Positions 24,831 through 36,757 of a stretch of 41,825 bases of DNA are shown one piece after another. The position numbers and the translations under genes were made by a program. The notes under the pieces were generated by a model. It saw only the letters and a program-made list of their open reading frames with translations. It made no database searches and was not told where the DNA came from. Numbering within the stretch: position 1 is the first letter of the stretch; the number at the start of each line of letters is the position of its first letter. The stretch lies in NCBI GenBank assembly GCA_051942245.1, contig JAVECL010000155.1, positions 1 to 41,825 of the forward strand, read 5' to 3'. The DNA comes from Trypethelium eluteriae (taxonomy: Eukaryota).

Positions 24831-26295
24831 ATGCCGGAGACAGGTCTCGCGAGACGGGCACAATCATGGACAGCATATGCGCCAACAGTAGTACGGCGAC
24901 AAGGACGCTACAATCATACCAATGCCAATCCTCCTCCCTGGAGGCCTGCTACAGTCCTGGATGAGTACGACGCACATGCTTCGGTCGCAGATGCCATTGC
25001 GCCTTTGCTGATTGCTCAATATATAGATGGGTTCAACGAGAAGCCAGGCCGATCAGTCTGCGACAGCTCACCTTTTTTGGTCGAACCTTGACGGAAGCCC
25101 GTTTATTGGGCTCAGCCAATTATGTGAGAACGGAGCTTCCATTGCGGTAATGCACCCCATGAACTCTTCAATCGATGCATATTGACATGTTTCCAGTATC
25201 GCGCACCGTTTGCGTGATATGCAATCCCTCCCCTACGTGGTCGTTACCAATCCTCATCTCTCCCACGTCTACGAGCTGTACTATAAGGCCTTCGAATGTT
25301 TTCACAAAATTCCCGAGATACAGAGCGTAGAGGATAATGATAGATACTGTGAGATATTGACGTCTATGCTGAACGAACATTTGACGGTGATTCCTCGGCT
25401 TCAAATGGGCGTGCTGGAGATTCAAGGGCTGATGAAGCCTGATGAGACGGACAAGCTCATGACCACTCTGTTGAGATCGCGTATCTCGCGCCGAGTCATT
25501 GCCCAGCAGCATCTCGCACTTACCGACACGTTTCACTCGCCATGGTATTTTCCAAATGCCAAAAATACTATTGAAGGTCCCGATGACTTGGTTGGAGAGG
25601 TGCTTCTCCACTGTAATGCAAAGGAGACTGTTGAGAAGTGTGCCAATACCATCACGGCGCTGATGCAATCAACATATGGCCATACGCGTCTCCCGGAGAT
25701 CAAACTTCTGGGTCACCTTGGAGCGACTTTTCCTTATATCCCAAGCATCCTCGAATATATTATCGGAGAGCTATTGCGAAATTCCGTCCAAGCGACCGTT
25801 GAACAGCGTCCTAGAAATACCTCGCCAATACCTCCCATCCACGTCACAATATGCGAAGCGGAGCAACATGTAATAATCCGAATTTCTGACCAAGGTGGTG
25901 GAGTTTCCCGTGAGATCCTTCCTTATCTATGGTCCTTTAGCAAAGGGCCACGCAAGCAAATGCGTCTTGAGAATCTCAACAAAGTACCGAGAATGGCAGC
26001 TACTATGCAGGAACTGAGCGTCAACTCAGAGACTAAACAGGGCATAGGCTGTGGTACTAATGGCCCCGACTTTAATACTGGCAGTGAGCACTCTCTCAGC
26101 ACACTGACAAGTCGCCCTCCAGACTTGAGATTGGGAATGGGTCTGCCAATCAGTCGGCTTTATGCTGAATATTGGGCAGGCAGTCTTGAACTGCACAGTC
26201 TAGAAGGGTACGGTGTTGATGCGTTTTTGCAAATTCCAAAACTGGGAAACAAGAATGAGCAATTAGCTACGAGGGCGAGTATTGATGCGGTATAA
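24831..26295 (+). CDS. Mitochondrial alpha-ketoacid dehydrogenase kinase (PDK/BCKDK family, Pkp2-like). Exons 24831-24964, 25027-25146, 25197-26295
   Basis: Arg-rich presequence MPETGLARRAQ...RRQGRY. PWRPATVLDE|WVQREARPISLRQLTFFG...ANYVRTELPLR|IAHRLRDMQ is restored by two introns. GHKL motifs GELLRNS, RISDQGGG, GMGLPISRLYAEYWAGSL and EGYGVD. Confidence 0.9.
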
Positions 26296-26922
26296 AAGGA
26301 AAGGACTGGATTTATCTAAGACGAAATCGTCAGATTCGATACATTAGTAAGAGACGGAAATTAGGTAGTCCAAATCATGGCGTGGATACCTTACCTTACC
26401 AAGTCACTAGGCATCGCTTCTCTCGCGGTTGCACTGTCCCGATTCTCAACAGAGGGTGAAAGAAGTCGCGCGTTAGCAGGCACACTCGAGGCTTGAGGAC
26501 ACCTATTTGATCTGGCTAATTTTTACCTCGATAAGAGCGAGGGACCCGGCGGCGAATGTCCCCGGAAAATCCACATTGGATTAGGGCAGAGAGGGATTAC
26601 AATGGTAGCAAAGCTGGGGTGGAGAAAGCCTGCCTATGAAGTGTGATAGTCCTCTTTGTTCTACATATGAGCAAGGAGGCCCTCAGGTTCGCCGATAGCT
26701 CTTACTCTCCATCCTGCTGGAAATTCGATATTGCAACAAGACCGTCTGCAAATATTGATTTGTTTTGGCTCTATCTTATGCACGGAAGGAACATCCAGAT
26801 TGGCACATAACCCCGTTTTGTTTATTTAATCTTCACCCGCAAAATTGCATATCAACCAGTTTTCACTTTGCTCTATCCTAGAGCCAACATCTCCGTTTTC
26901 TGACATCTTGATAATTTTTGCA

Positions 26923-28756
26923 ATGGCTATTCAGGCAAGCATTGTACCCTACTAGGTGCTTTGAGCGTTTACTTAGCTAAATTGCACAGAGCCCTCGCTC
27001 ACACGCTGATCCCCAGTCCCAAGTCGGAGACAAGATACACTCCACAACCTTCGGCCATGACAGTGTTAGTTGAGATCTGAAACTTTCAAGCGTTCACACA
27101 GCTGATCTGTTTACAAAGCCCAAACGCAATCAGTCCTGTCGAATTACGTTAAAATTGACCGAGCTTCCATTCCATCACGACTTGTCAAGCTCAATGAATA
27201 TGTGGCGTCCACTGTACCGAGAGATTCCAAAGCAGCAAGGACAGTCTCAGCTGCAACCCATTGATGTCTGCGATGTGTGGAAGGGTCTTAACAGCGGGCA
27301 CGCACAAGAACTGGCGTTTTGGGAACAAACATTTGAAGTCTGCGTCCAAGACTGTCTCGGCGACTTTGTTGTAGAGAAATTCCGAGGAGATCCTGAATGG
27401 ACTACCCCGATGCAGCTTGGCCAGTTTGTGAACAGAGAGCTTGCATGTGCTGCCGTGCCTATCGACATTGATGGCCTGATTCTGAAGATGCTTGAAAGCA
27501 ACCCTTACGAAGTGTATGCCGGGGGGTTCCTAGAACGAAGCCATTACAATTTGTTTTCAGCCGTGAAGCTGTTTCTTAAGACCCGACAATGCTGGCTCGC
27601 CGATGAAGATGCGACGCTTGTCGTGAAATTCAGTTCTACGTGGACGTTGGACTACCTTGAGATATTGGCAAGAGTGCTGTGGCAGCCGCCTAACATATTA
27701 TTTTCAGAGGAGAGTCTCAAGCCGCTTTATTTGGAACCCAGTCTTGGTCAGCCTTCACTGAAGCACTGGACCAAAATATCACAACAGTTCTCCACAAATC
27801 ATCCATCAACTCCTTGGCGGCAAATACTGACGACGACCGTAACGGACACATTCGCGAGCAGCGTTACTTTCCAACGCGTGATCCGAACGCGAATTAACTT
27901 TGATGGTCCTCCTAATCACCAGTTGGAATGTAGATCGCCCACCAGGAGATCTCATTACTCTCATCGCCTTCATGGACCTCGATCCAGTGGTGAAGAATAT
28001 CTGGATGATCCAACCAGCGAAGAAGAGCTCCCTGGCAGGGTCCCATCAAGCCCTGTCCAATATCCAAAAAACCACACGTGGAGCCACTCTCGAATACCCG
28101 CACTGGGAAAATTCGACAAGCGCTGTCCGAGGATTACCGATGACACCAACAGACACCTCAATACTCTCCCTTTGCACAATACTCTCCCTTTGCACAAGGT
28201 AGCAATGGGACGGCCAATTTGCACGGACAACCCAGCTGGAGGAAACGAGCGAATGCACGCAGAAAAACCAGTTGACAGCCCAATGATGACCCCAAGTTCC
28301 AGCGGACAAGATGTCACTAGTCGAGAACGCAGATTAAGCTCTCCCAACACCGCAGTCATTTCCGTGCATTTAACAAAGAGAGCTACTGAGGCCCCCAACG
28401 CGGTAGAACAATGCCCGGAACAACTCTGCACTAGTCTACGGGTTGGAGCTTTCAAACCGTCAAGACCCACCGACAAAAGCTTTAAAGATGCTCTCTTCGG
28501 GTCAGGTATAGGTGGGAAACATGGCGGTGACTGCACTAAGTGCCGCAATACAAGCTGGAAAAATACCCAGGGACTTCCAAATTCGGATACTTTCCAGTCG
28601 TTCTTGGATGAGGAGCAGGCGAGAATCCGAGACAATTACGATCAATTCCGTACGGCAAGAGGCGTGAAGGATCCATCGCAGGAAGACTTAGGTGACCTAC
28701 TGGATTTTTCAGAATTCTCAGACAGCAGTCCCATCGAAGTTGTTGAATGGAAGTAG
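26923..28756 (+). CDS. Hypothetical protein of about 574 aa (globular N-half, low-complexity C-half). Exons 26923-26934, 26990-27064, 27119-28756
   Basis: A 533-codon open frame beginning at TTG. Two upstream phase-0 introns (GC-AG 26935-26989; GTTAGT...AAG 27065-27118) connect it to ATG 26923. No recognisable domain. Confidence 0.65.
28159..28197 (+). repeat. 18-bp in-frame tandem duplication (NTLPLH x2)
   Basis: CAATACTCTCCCTTTGCA repeated twice exactly. Confidence 0.85.
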
Positions 28757-29583
28757 CCTTGGTGGTGCTTTGGTGGATGCTTCTGTATTTGTACTAGTGC
28801 GTATGTGCTATTTAGTCTTATCTGCGGTTCCCCATCGAACCTAGACTCTATACCAATTCATCTGATTCACAATCAGCTTCATCTTCTACAGAAGTGTCAC
28901 ACAGCAGTGAATTAGCCGACGGGTCCACAACACGCAGTACCGAACTTGACCATGAAAAGGAACAACATGCAAAAGAGGGAAGCTATAAAAGCTTCCGAGA
29001 TAGTGACCCCACGTCATCTGAGACTACGCAGTCTTTGGCTTGCTGTGGTCCTCAATACGCAAAGCTCAAATCTACTCTACCATAGTGGGCGGTGCCGGAA
29101 GAGACGAAACACAATTAAAAAGCACTTGAAATAGTCAAGCCCCGTGAAGCAGCAACTCTAAAAGGCGTGCCCAGACCCTCCGCGCATAAGATACAGCAAT
29201 TCAATCAGCTTCCCAGCCTACTCAAGATGGCCCGTGCTTTACCAAATCAAGCGTTTTCACTCGACTGGCCGCCGTCAGAACTTGGACTTCTAGGAGCCGC
29301 TTTGTTGAGCGACTCAGACGAATCTTACGCCACTCTCTCGCCCACATGTGAAAGGCCATGGGCAGTGCCAAAGCGTACACAGGAGATACTTCGTCATCCG
29401 ATTCCGCAAGAAAGCACTCCCGTCATGCGTGATGGAGGAGGTCCTCATTCTCATGACCGCGGCTTCATTTCTACACCACGATATCATACCGTTCGACCCT
29501 GTCGCGAGAGCAGGCCATCATGCCTTTCACTGTTCGAACCAGACCAGGCTGAGAGCAGCGTTGGGGGCCTTCCTGAGAGTGGG

Positions 29584-29677
29584 TCTCTGTGGAGGTCTCT
29601 GTAATTCTCTATGTAGGTCTCTGCGTAGGTCTTTGCGTAGGTCTCCATGCAGATCTCTGTGGAGGTCTTTATGTAGG
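29584..29677. repeat. 12-bp minisatellite, 8 degenerate units (approx. TCTYTRYGTAGG)
   Basis: Units TCTCTGTGGAGG, TCTCTGTAAT, TCTCTATGTAGG, TCTCTGCGTAGG, TCTTTGCGTAGG, TCTCCATGCAGA, TCTCTGTGGAGG and TCTTTATGTAGG. Confidence 0.85.
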
Positions 29678-30420
29678 TCGAGCACAGCACATTGGGAGTT
29701 GAGTGCAGAAACCTAAGGTACCTACTTTAGGTACTTGTGAAGTGATAGCTGTAGAAATTGGATGAAAGGAAGAAGGTTAATGGGTTAAAATTTGATATTT
29801 AAAAGACAGCCCTTTGGCTTGATTAAAGCACCTTCGATCTATAACAAAATTACAATAAATGTAACTCAGACTTTAGAATAAAGAATACAAATTACAGCAT
29901 TTACTTGGTTTGCTTCATAACACAGCCACAAGTGTGATAGAAACCAACCAACAACTCGAATTAAGCAGGGACCCCTAGCAAGCAGCGCGTAACGCTGCAA
30001 GCATTCTTCATACCACAGGATGAGTTCACTGAGATAACCTGTAGGTAACATTGCAGCGATCAATGATAAATGGACTCTAATTGGACAATGATGCGACGGT
30101 GCGCCACCACAGCCACATTCAATGATTGTAGAACTACGTCATTCAGAGCTTGCGCCACAGTCGTCCTTGGTTTGCTGTCATGCCTTGATTGCAATTGCCT
30201 GTTAATTTAAACGCCCATCCTCTCGCAAGCTTTACCTTCTTCTCTGTCCTCAAGTTCGCTGCTTGCTCCATCTCAACCAACCTATTCTCACTTCGACAAG
30301 AATCCATTCCCCTTTGCAGACTCAGCGTCGATCACCGTTTGAAGGAACAATAATCTTTGTTCCACCAATCGCGATCCAACACATACCAAGCCACTCCAAC
30401 AAGCTCAGTTAATAGGGACG

Positions 30421-30757
30421 ATGATCTCAGCCATTCTTCTCGTTATCATCACCATCTTCGGTAAGTGCATCTGAGGATCCAGCCACAACTCGCTAATTTT
30501 CGTCTCTTTCTCCAGTGCCGCCCATTGGCGTCTTCTTGATCGCCGGCTGCGGTGCCGACCTCCTGATCAATATCTGCCTGACCATTCTTGGTTACTTCCC
30601 TGGCCATATCCACGCCTTCTACCTTGAGTACGTCTACTATAAGCGCCGTGGAGAGTCAAAGAGGGGTGTCATCGACAACCGACGCAAGCCAGGGGTGTAC
30701 AGCGACAATATCCAGACTGGAGGCCGCGGATATGGCACGATGGCTGCGGCAACTTAA
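30421..30757 (+). CDS. PMP3/SNA/RCI2-family plasma-membrane proteolipid. Exons 30421-30460 and 30516-30757
   Basis: MISAILLVIITIF|VPPIGVFLIAGCGADLLINICLTILGYFPGHIHAFY is the family signature, with a canonical GTAAGT...GCTAAT...CAG intron. Confidence 0.92.
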
Positions 30758-31328
30758 ATGGAGACTAGTTGGCACGTGAATCGCAATAGCCATGGAGAGT
30801 TTGCGAGGGCTAAGATATTACCGAAACGATGGAGGAGGCTGAAATAGGGAGAATGTTGCGTCGCAATGCGATGGGAGAACATTTCTGATGGTACTAGGGA
30901 TACGAGACTTTCAATTTGTGTTTTCCCAGCTCTTTTGTCTCCAGCGGTGCGATGGGGTGATGGGCAGCCTATGCGATACCAGCAACTAATTTCGACTTCG
31001 CTAATCCTCTAAATGCCCTTCTGTCTTGTTTACTTAGATAGCCTGATGAATGATATTCTTTACAGTGTGAGCTTCAGTGAACGATAACAAACTCTGTCGA
31101 TACCGAGAATCAAAGATCTGCAAGTTTTGACGATGTTTGTTCTGTAGAATTGGTCTAATCTTATGTCTGATGGGACTGTTTGCTTCATCTTATCCGCCGC
31201 ATCTCACCGGCCGGAGAAACGTCGGCATGGATACGCGCCAACTTGCATTTGTGAATTGCTGAAAAGCTCTGGCCTACCATCCCTTTCCGGAGATCTTTTT
31301 GCATCACCTTGAAAGGTGGCGCCTCGAG

Positions 31329-32183
31329 ATGCAGCTTTTCACCTTGTTAGCAAGCTTCATTGCTTGCTTTGTGACGACAGCCTCTGCAACAGCGCTAACA
31401 TTTGAGCTGACACCAAACGAGAAGGCATGCTTCTTTGCGCATACGGAGCAGAAGGGGCTCAAGATGGCATTTTACTTTGCTGTAAGCTTACGGATGCCTC
31501 TCTCAATGGTACTCAGGATATCAAAGCTAATTGTCAACCTATAGGTTCAATCCGGCGGTGCTTTCGACGTTGACTACAAAATTACGGGACCAAACGAGAA
31601 GATCATTCTTGAAGGACAGAAAGAACGTCAAGGTGACTTTGTTTTCACAGCGAATGAAGCGGGCGAATACAGATTCTGCTTTGACAATGAGATGAGCACA
31701 ATTTCGGACAAGATGGTCGATTTCGAGATTGCTGTAGGTCCCTCTCTACATGAACATCCTAGAAATGGAGCAATCAATACTTGGCTGGCGTCGTGCTCGT
31801 CGTAATCAGTACTGATCGTGCGACCTGATGCAATAGGTCGAGAACGAACAACGCGCTCAACTTCCCTCCAAGCAAGGCACCTCTCCTGAACAGACCTCCG
31901 CCCTTGAGGAGTCAATCTACAAAATCTCTGCACAACTCTCAACAGTCACACGTAATCAAAAATATTTCAGGACAAGAGAGAACAGAAATTTCAGTACTGT
32001 GAGAAGCACAGAAAGAAGGATATTCAACTTCAGTATTATTGAGAGTATCATGATGGTTACCATGGCAGGCTTGCAGGTATTCATCGTGAGGTTCTTCTTC
32101 CAGGGGGCAAGGAAAGGTGAGTTCTCATCTGCTAAGATGTTGTCGACCATCATGTGTATTAACAAAATGCAGGATATGTATGA
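31329..32183 (+). CDS. p24/emp24/gp25L (GOLD domain) cargo receptor, Erp2-like. Exons 31329-31481, 31545-31733, 31837-32116, 32173-32183
   Basis: Signal peptide, EKACFF, FYFA|VQSGGAFDVDY, GEYRFCFDNEMST, QKYFRTRENRNFSTVRSTE, a TM helix and tail FFFQGARKGYV*. Confidence 0.92.
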
Positions 32184-32489
32184 TACCATTGGTTAGCGTT
32201 ATCTTTCATGCCAAGTTTTCAAGCGACTGTGCTGTTTTGCAACGTGGACTCATGTAACCTGACCTCTTAAGTGCTCTTGGTGAATTGCCCTGCCCATTCA
32301 CATCTCTGCTTCTCATTAACCGCCAGTCCCCGTTATCTTCTCGAGATTTGAGGCCGATATACAACCCATTTCCATTTCCTGTTCCACTTCTTTCCAATCC
32401 TTTATCTCTGAATCTGCTTTTCCTAGTGACTTCGCTTTATGAAGTGGTTCTTTGTGGGGATTAATACATTCCAAGCCTCGTTGCAAGGG

Positions 32490-34400
32490 AGAAGTCTTTA
32501 TGGTAACAGAAGCAAGCGCAGCGCGGGCCGCAACCCAGCAATCCCTCATTGAAGATAGGGCGGAGCTAAGCAAAGTGGCAAGCGCAGTCACGAGCAGCCA
32601 CATTGAGCTGAACATGTTTGCGACAGATGAGGGTCAGAGCCAGAACCCAGTGGTAGGACAACGAACGGATCCGGTGTGAGGCAAGAGCAAACGAGATGGA
32701 TTGCACAAGCCACCCATGCGGGCATATAGCAAGCTATGTAGGATCATTGATGGACTGCAGATGGCAAAGGAGGAAAGCATTTCTACACAGCTAACTGCAA
32801 AGCTAGTTGAGGTGGCAAAGGAGCGCCAGTACGAGCGCCCTCCTGCGCCTCAGTGCGATGGAGGCCTGGGCCATCGTAATGGAGGTAGTAAAAGCCACCA
32901 AGCCAAAAAAGCCCCAGGCTCCACCTTCTAGCTCGAACCTATCATCCTTTTCCTCCCGATCTTTGGCTGTCAACTGGTGCCCACGCCCGGAAACCCGAAA
33001 AACACATCTTCTTGCTTCCTTGTTATAGTCGAGATCTTGTCTGCTACAACCAGTTGAGGAACTTGAATTGCAGTGCTACGGGCTCGAGGAGCAGTGGGCT
33101 GAACTAGGTGGCTGGCAACTTGTGGACTGCTAGCATCGGATGCGGTCAACGAGCTATCAATTCGTCATTTAGATTGATCTTTTTAACCCGCATGGCTGGA
33201 AAAGGCAGAGTTCAACAACTATCGCGGAAGTAAAACGCTAGCGCAGAGTTGCTCGGGTTCGACGTCGTGCATGCTCGGTACAATCTTTACGTGGAAAACC
33301 CCGTTCTTTGCCTCTGCTATGCCGAGTTTCTTCGAGATCATCTCAAGACCGAGCAAGAACACAGTGAGGGAATGGCTAAGAGCCATTCATCAAGCTACGA
33401 TGCAACTTACCCAGCAGAGAGACTCTTCCACGCGAGTTCAAGCACAAACAATTCGTCTGCGGCGTAAATGGAGACAAACCCATCCGGCCAGGAGAAGGCA
33501 ACGGAATCCAATTCAATGCCAACCGAACAAAAGACATGCCGCTATACGAGGACCGATTGTATCCGATGAGGCCCTAGTAATGTTTGCAATTTTTTTATGC
33601 GGAGCTCATTGCGGACCATCTGCTTCGCGGCTCATTATACCTTTCGTTCATCTCTTTTGTTCATCATGGTCTCTGCTCTTGGTAACGAGCTTGCAGAAAA
33701 CTACTTGATTGGTTCTGATGCTAATCCGACTGTTATGCCGCCATGCACAATGCACAACCTGTTTCAAGTGTTTGGGTGTCGTGGAGTGGGTCAACGAGCT
33801 TCGGCAGTGCGTCTTTTCTGCAGAAGAGGCGACTCTTCGAGCTGATTCTCACCACCAGGCAGCTGCGGAGTAGCTGGAGTCCGCAGACGAGATGACGATT
33901 GAGGTCATTTCTGACATCCTTAATCGTGCAAGAGATATGAAGACCATAATCCAGAAGATCAAAATCTTCAAGTCTACCGTCTCAGCGGAAAGGATTACTT
34001 TGCAAGTATTTATTGAAAGAGAAGAGCAGCTTAAAAGCAAACTTATGAGTCAGGAGTGTGAGCCTGAGTGAAAGATGTCGGCGGCCTTACACAATCTGCA
34101 TCGTGAGTTCAGGATGCTGACAGTGAGGAGCCAAACCGATACTAGACCGTCATGGCTGTCCCGGTCAATCAGACTTGCAATGACTTGGTTCAATCCATAC
34201 ATGAAATGGCATGCCGACAAATTAAGAACCGAGAAGTCTTGGTAGTCCGCGCCTACCCAATGTTGGTGGAAGATGATATTATCAAGCGGAAGGCAAAACA
34301 AGTCCGCCCAAAGAACAGGCCGGAGATTCCGATTCCATTTATCAGCACAGTCACAGAAAGAGTCGTTGGACAGCAAAGCCGACGCTTAATCCAAAACTCA
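32490..34400 (+). pseudogene. Degenerate coding-like fragments of unknown identity
   Basis: Protein-like + frames (e.g. SKLCRIIDGLQMAKEESISTQLTAKLVEVAKE; EVISDILNRARDMKTIIQKIKIFK) broken by stops and frameshifts. No family recognised. Confidence 0.3.
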
Positions 34401-35086
34401 CAATAAGATCAAAACAATATCAAAATAATATCAGGGATAAGTAAATAACCAAGATTAATCACTCTATCGGCACTATTATTCGCAGATTTGCCGGACATGA
34501 TGAATTCGCGAATAACCCATTGACACAAAAAGCACGAGGACATCACCGATTCGAAGTCTTCCGTACCTACTAAGACAGGTACATAGATCCTACAGAAGAT
34601 TGGGCCAGAGAAGACAGCGACACACTCACGAAGGCAATCACTGACTTGCTTACGTTCACTCTCATACGATCCGATATAGTCGCCAGTACACCATCCAACA
34701 AAGTGTGCACAAAGATTCATTGATGGTCTGATTTCTCGTTCATCTGGGACCTCCAGCAATTGGTAGCTAAGCCAATTCGATCGGCGACCTTATTGATCAG
34801 GAAAGGCGGCGCTGAGAAGCGCTTCTCACGGTAAATCCTGCTCAGCTGGGTTGAATCCTTTTGTCTCACCATAGCCCCCAGACAGCACTGAAAAGTGCTG
34901 TAGATCCCTACTTTGCTTGATAGCACTGAAAAGCACTACAGGAGCCAAACTACACAATATTCAACGTCAACCTGGATCATTTTTTTAACAAACGGCCTGC
35001 CCTCCTACATGGTCAGACAGCGCGAACTTGAACAATTGGAGCCTCTTCGTCTTCTGGCTGAATGGATGTCTGCCTACCCTGCACGA

Positions 35087-35152
35087 GCTTTGTACTTCCC
35101 CATGATCCCCGAGGCACTCATTGCTTTCCTTGCGTGTACACGAGTTGGAGCT
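35087..35152 (+). pseudogene. 22-codon fragment of an acetyl-CoA synthetase (AMP-binding) gene
   Basis: ALYFPMIPEALIAFLACTRVGA closely follows the ACS segment AIYLPMIPEA-x-IAFLAC-x-RIGA. The flanks do not continue the similarity. Confidence 0.65.
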
Positions 35153-35208
35153 GATGCTCACCATTGGGCAACTGCAGAGCAGACTTGCGTCCGCAGGTGA
35201 GGTGACCA

Positions 35209-36584
35209 TTGAGCTCGATGCCGATCTATCATGAACTGGAAGAGGGCACTACCGGCGTCGGCCCTGGTGCCACCGTTGAACGCGACGATGCAGTCAGGGA
35301 GAGGATCACAAACGTCAACGCGCGCGAGACGGATCTCTACGCGAGACATCAGCGAGGGTGTATGGACGAACTGGACACGGGCGAGGAACACGAGGCCGCC
35401 GGCGAACATTTCGAAGCAGATGAAGAGATAGATTCGGCCACTGCAGAGCCTACCGAACCGTCCCCGCGCTCATACTCCGCAACGGGAGATATTCTCGACC
35501 TCAAAAAATTCAAACAAGACGACATGAACCAGGAATTACGCGCCGCGGTTAGTGATCAATATTAACACTTTGGAAGCAAATGGTCGCGATCATCGAAACC
35601 TACGTCGAGCGTCCCTACAACCTCTGTTGAAGGGATGAACGAAGGGCAGGCGACACTTGACCATCCCCGGGGTAAGATTGTCGAAACGGTAGACAACCCA
35701 GGAACAAACACACCACCTCAGACCAATATTCCCACTGCCGAAACGGCGTAGGTACCCGGAGCGCACTCCCAAAGGGTATGATGACGATTCCTACCGGCGA
35801 GAAGGGACGCCGTCTTTCCGACCATTTAAGATGCCTCCTGCCGAGACAAATACCGTGCCAGAGTAAGCTCAACTTCCTCTACCTCTATCTACTTCAATTA
35901 CAAAGATGGTACTGCCATGCTGCCAGCCAAAAGTGTCCGGCCCTCAGCCCAGCAAGACTCAAAGCACCTCGCTTCAGGCAGAATCAGCTAACAGCAACAG
36001 TAAATTGAAAATCCTAGGGACGACAGCCACCTCCTAGGTAGGTACCTACCTCGACTTGACATATTTGATCAACTCCGCAGCCCTGAAGAACGTTCCTCAA
36101 AGGAGATTCAACGTCTCAGAGTCCTCCAAATCAACCTGAAAAACGATATTCAGAACCACCTCCTGCGAGAAGATAAGGTGGACTCAGCAAAAGCCCAACT
36201 CAATCTCCACACCGGTGAAGAGGAACTCTACCGAGAACGAGAAACAATAATACGGGAAACAAGGCAAAGATCCCAGAACAAAGAGAATGGGTACTCAGCA
36301 GTACAAGGAGTTTCTTCCGATAAGGGACTGTTCCAGAGGGCCAATGGAAAACGGCATTTGTTACGGCGAATCGGCGACATGAGATGCTCAAAGTCTCAAC
36401 TATGCGTCTGGCAAATTCACCAGGATTCTTTCAGCATCGTGTTAAGAATCTGTTCAGAGATTACCTCTGGCAGTTGATACTGGCCTACGTGGATGACGAT
36501 ATCATATTCAGTAGTACCCTGGAAGACCACCTAAGCCACTTGAAGAAGATGCCTACCATGATTGAGGAATCGGGAGTGACTATC
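35209..36584 (+). mobile_element. Ty3/gypsy LTR-retrotransposon remnant (gag-like region plus internally deleted reverse transcriptase)
   Basis: 36322-36584 reads KGLFQ / (frameshift) QWKTAFVTANRRHEMLKVSTMRLANSPGFFQHRVKNLFRDYLWQLILAYVDDDIIFSSTLEDHLSHL...SGVTI, the RT palm with YVDD. The upstream acidic/coiled frames are gag-like (weaker call). No protease, RNase H, integrase or LTR was found. Confidence 0.8.
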
Positions 36585-36757
36585 CCCGGGGTAATTACCT
36601 CAGCCGCCGTATCGAGATGTCATCGCCCGCTTGCAAAACGAAGAGCAGTCTATGAAATGGCAAATCAACTCCTTTCGGCAAGCTTGGAAAAGATATACAT
36701 GGGCAAAGAACACGTGCTACATGCCCAGCTCTTAAGGAACTCATCTTAGGTAACGAC

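Noticed and set aside
36036..36051. 16-bp palindrome AGGTAGGTACCTACCT
   Set aside because: Built from TAGG/CCTA simple repeats, which are common in fungal non-coding DNA; no associated structure.
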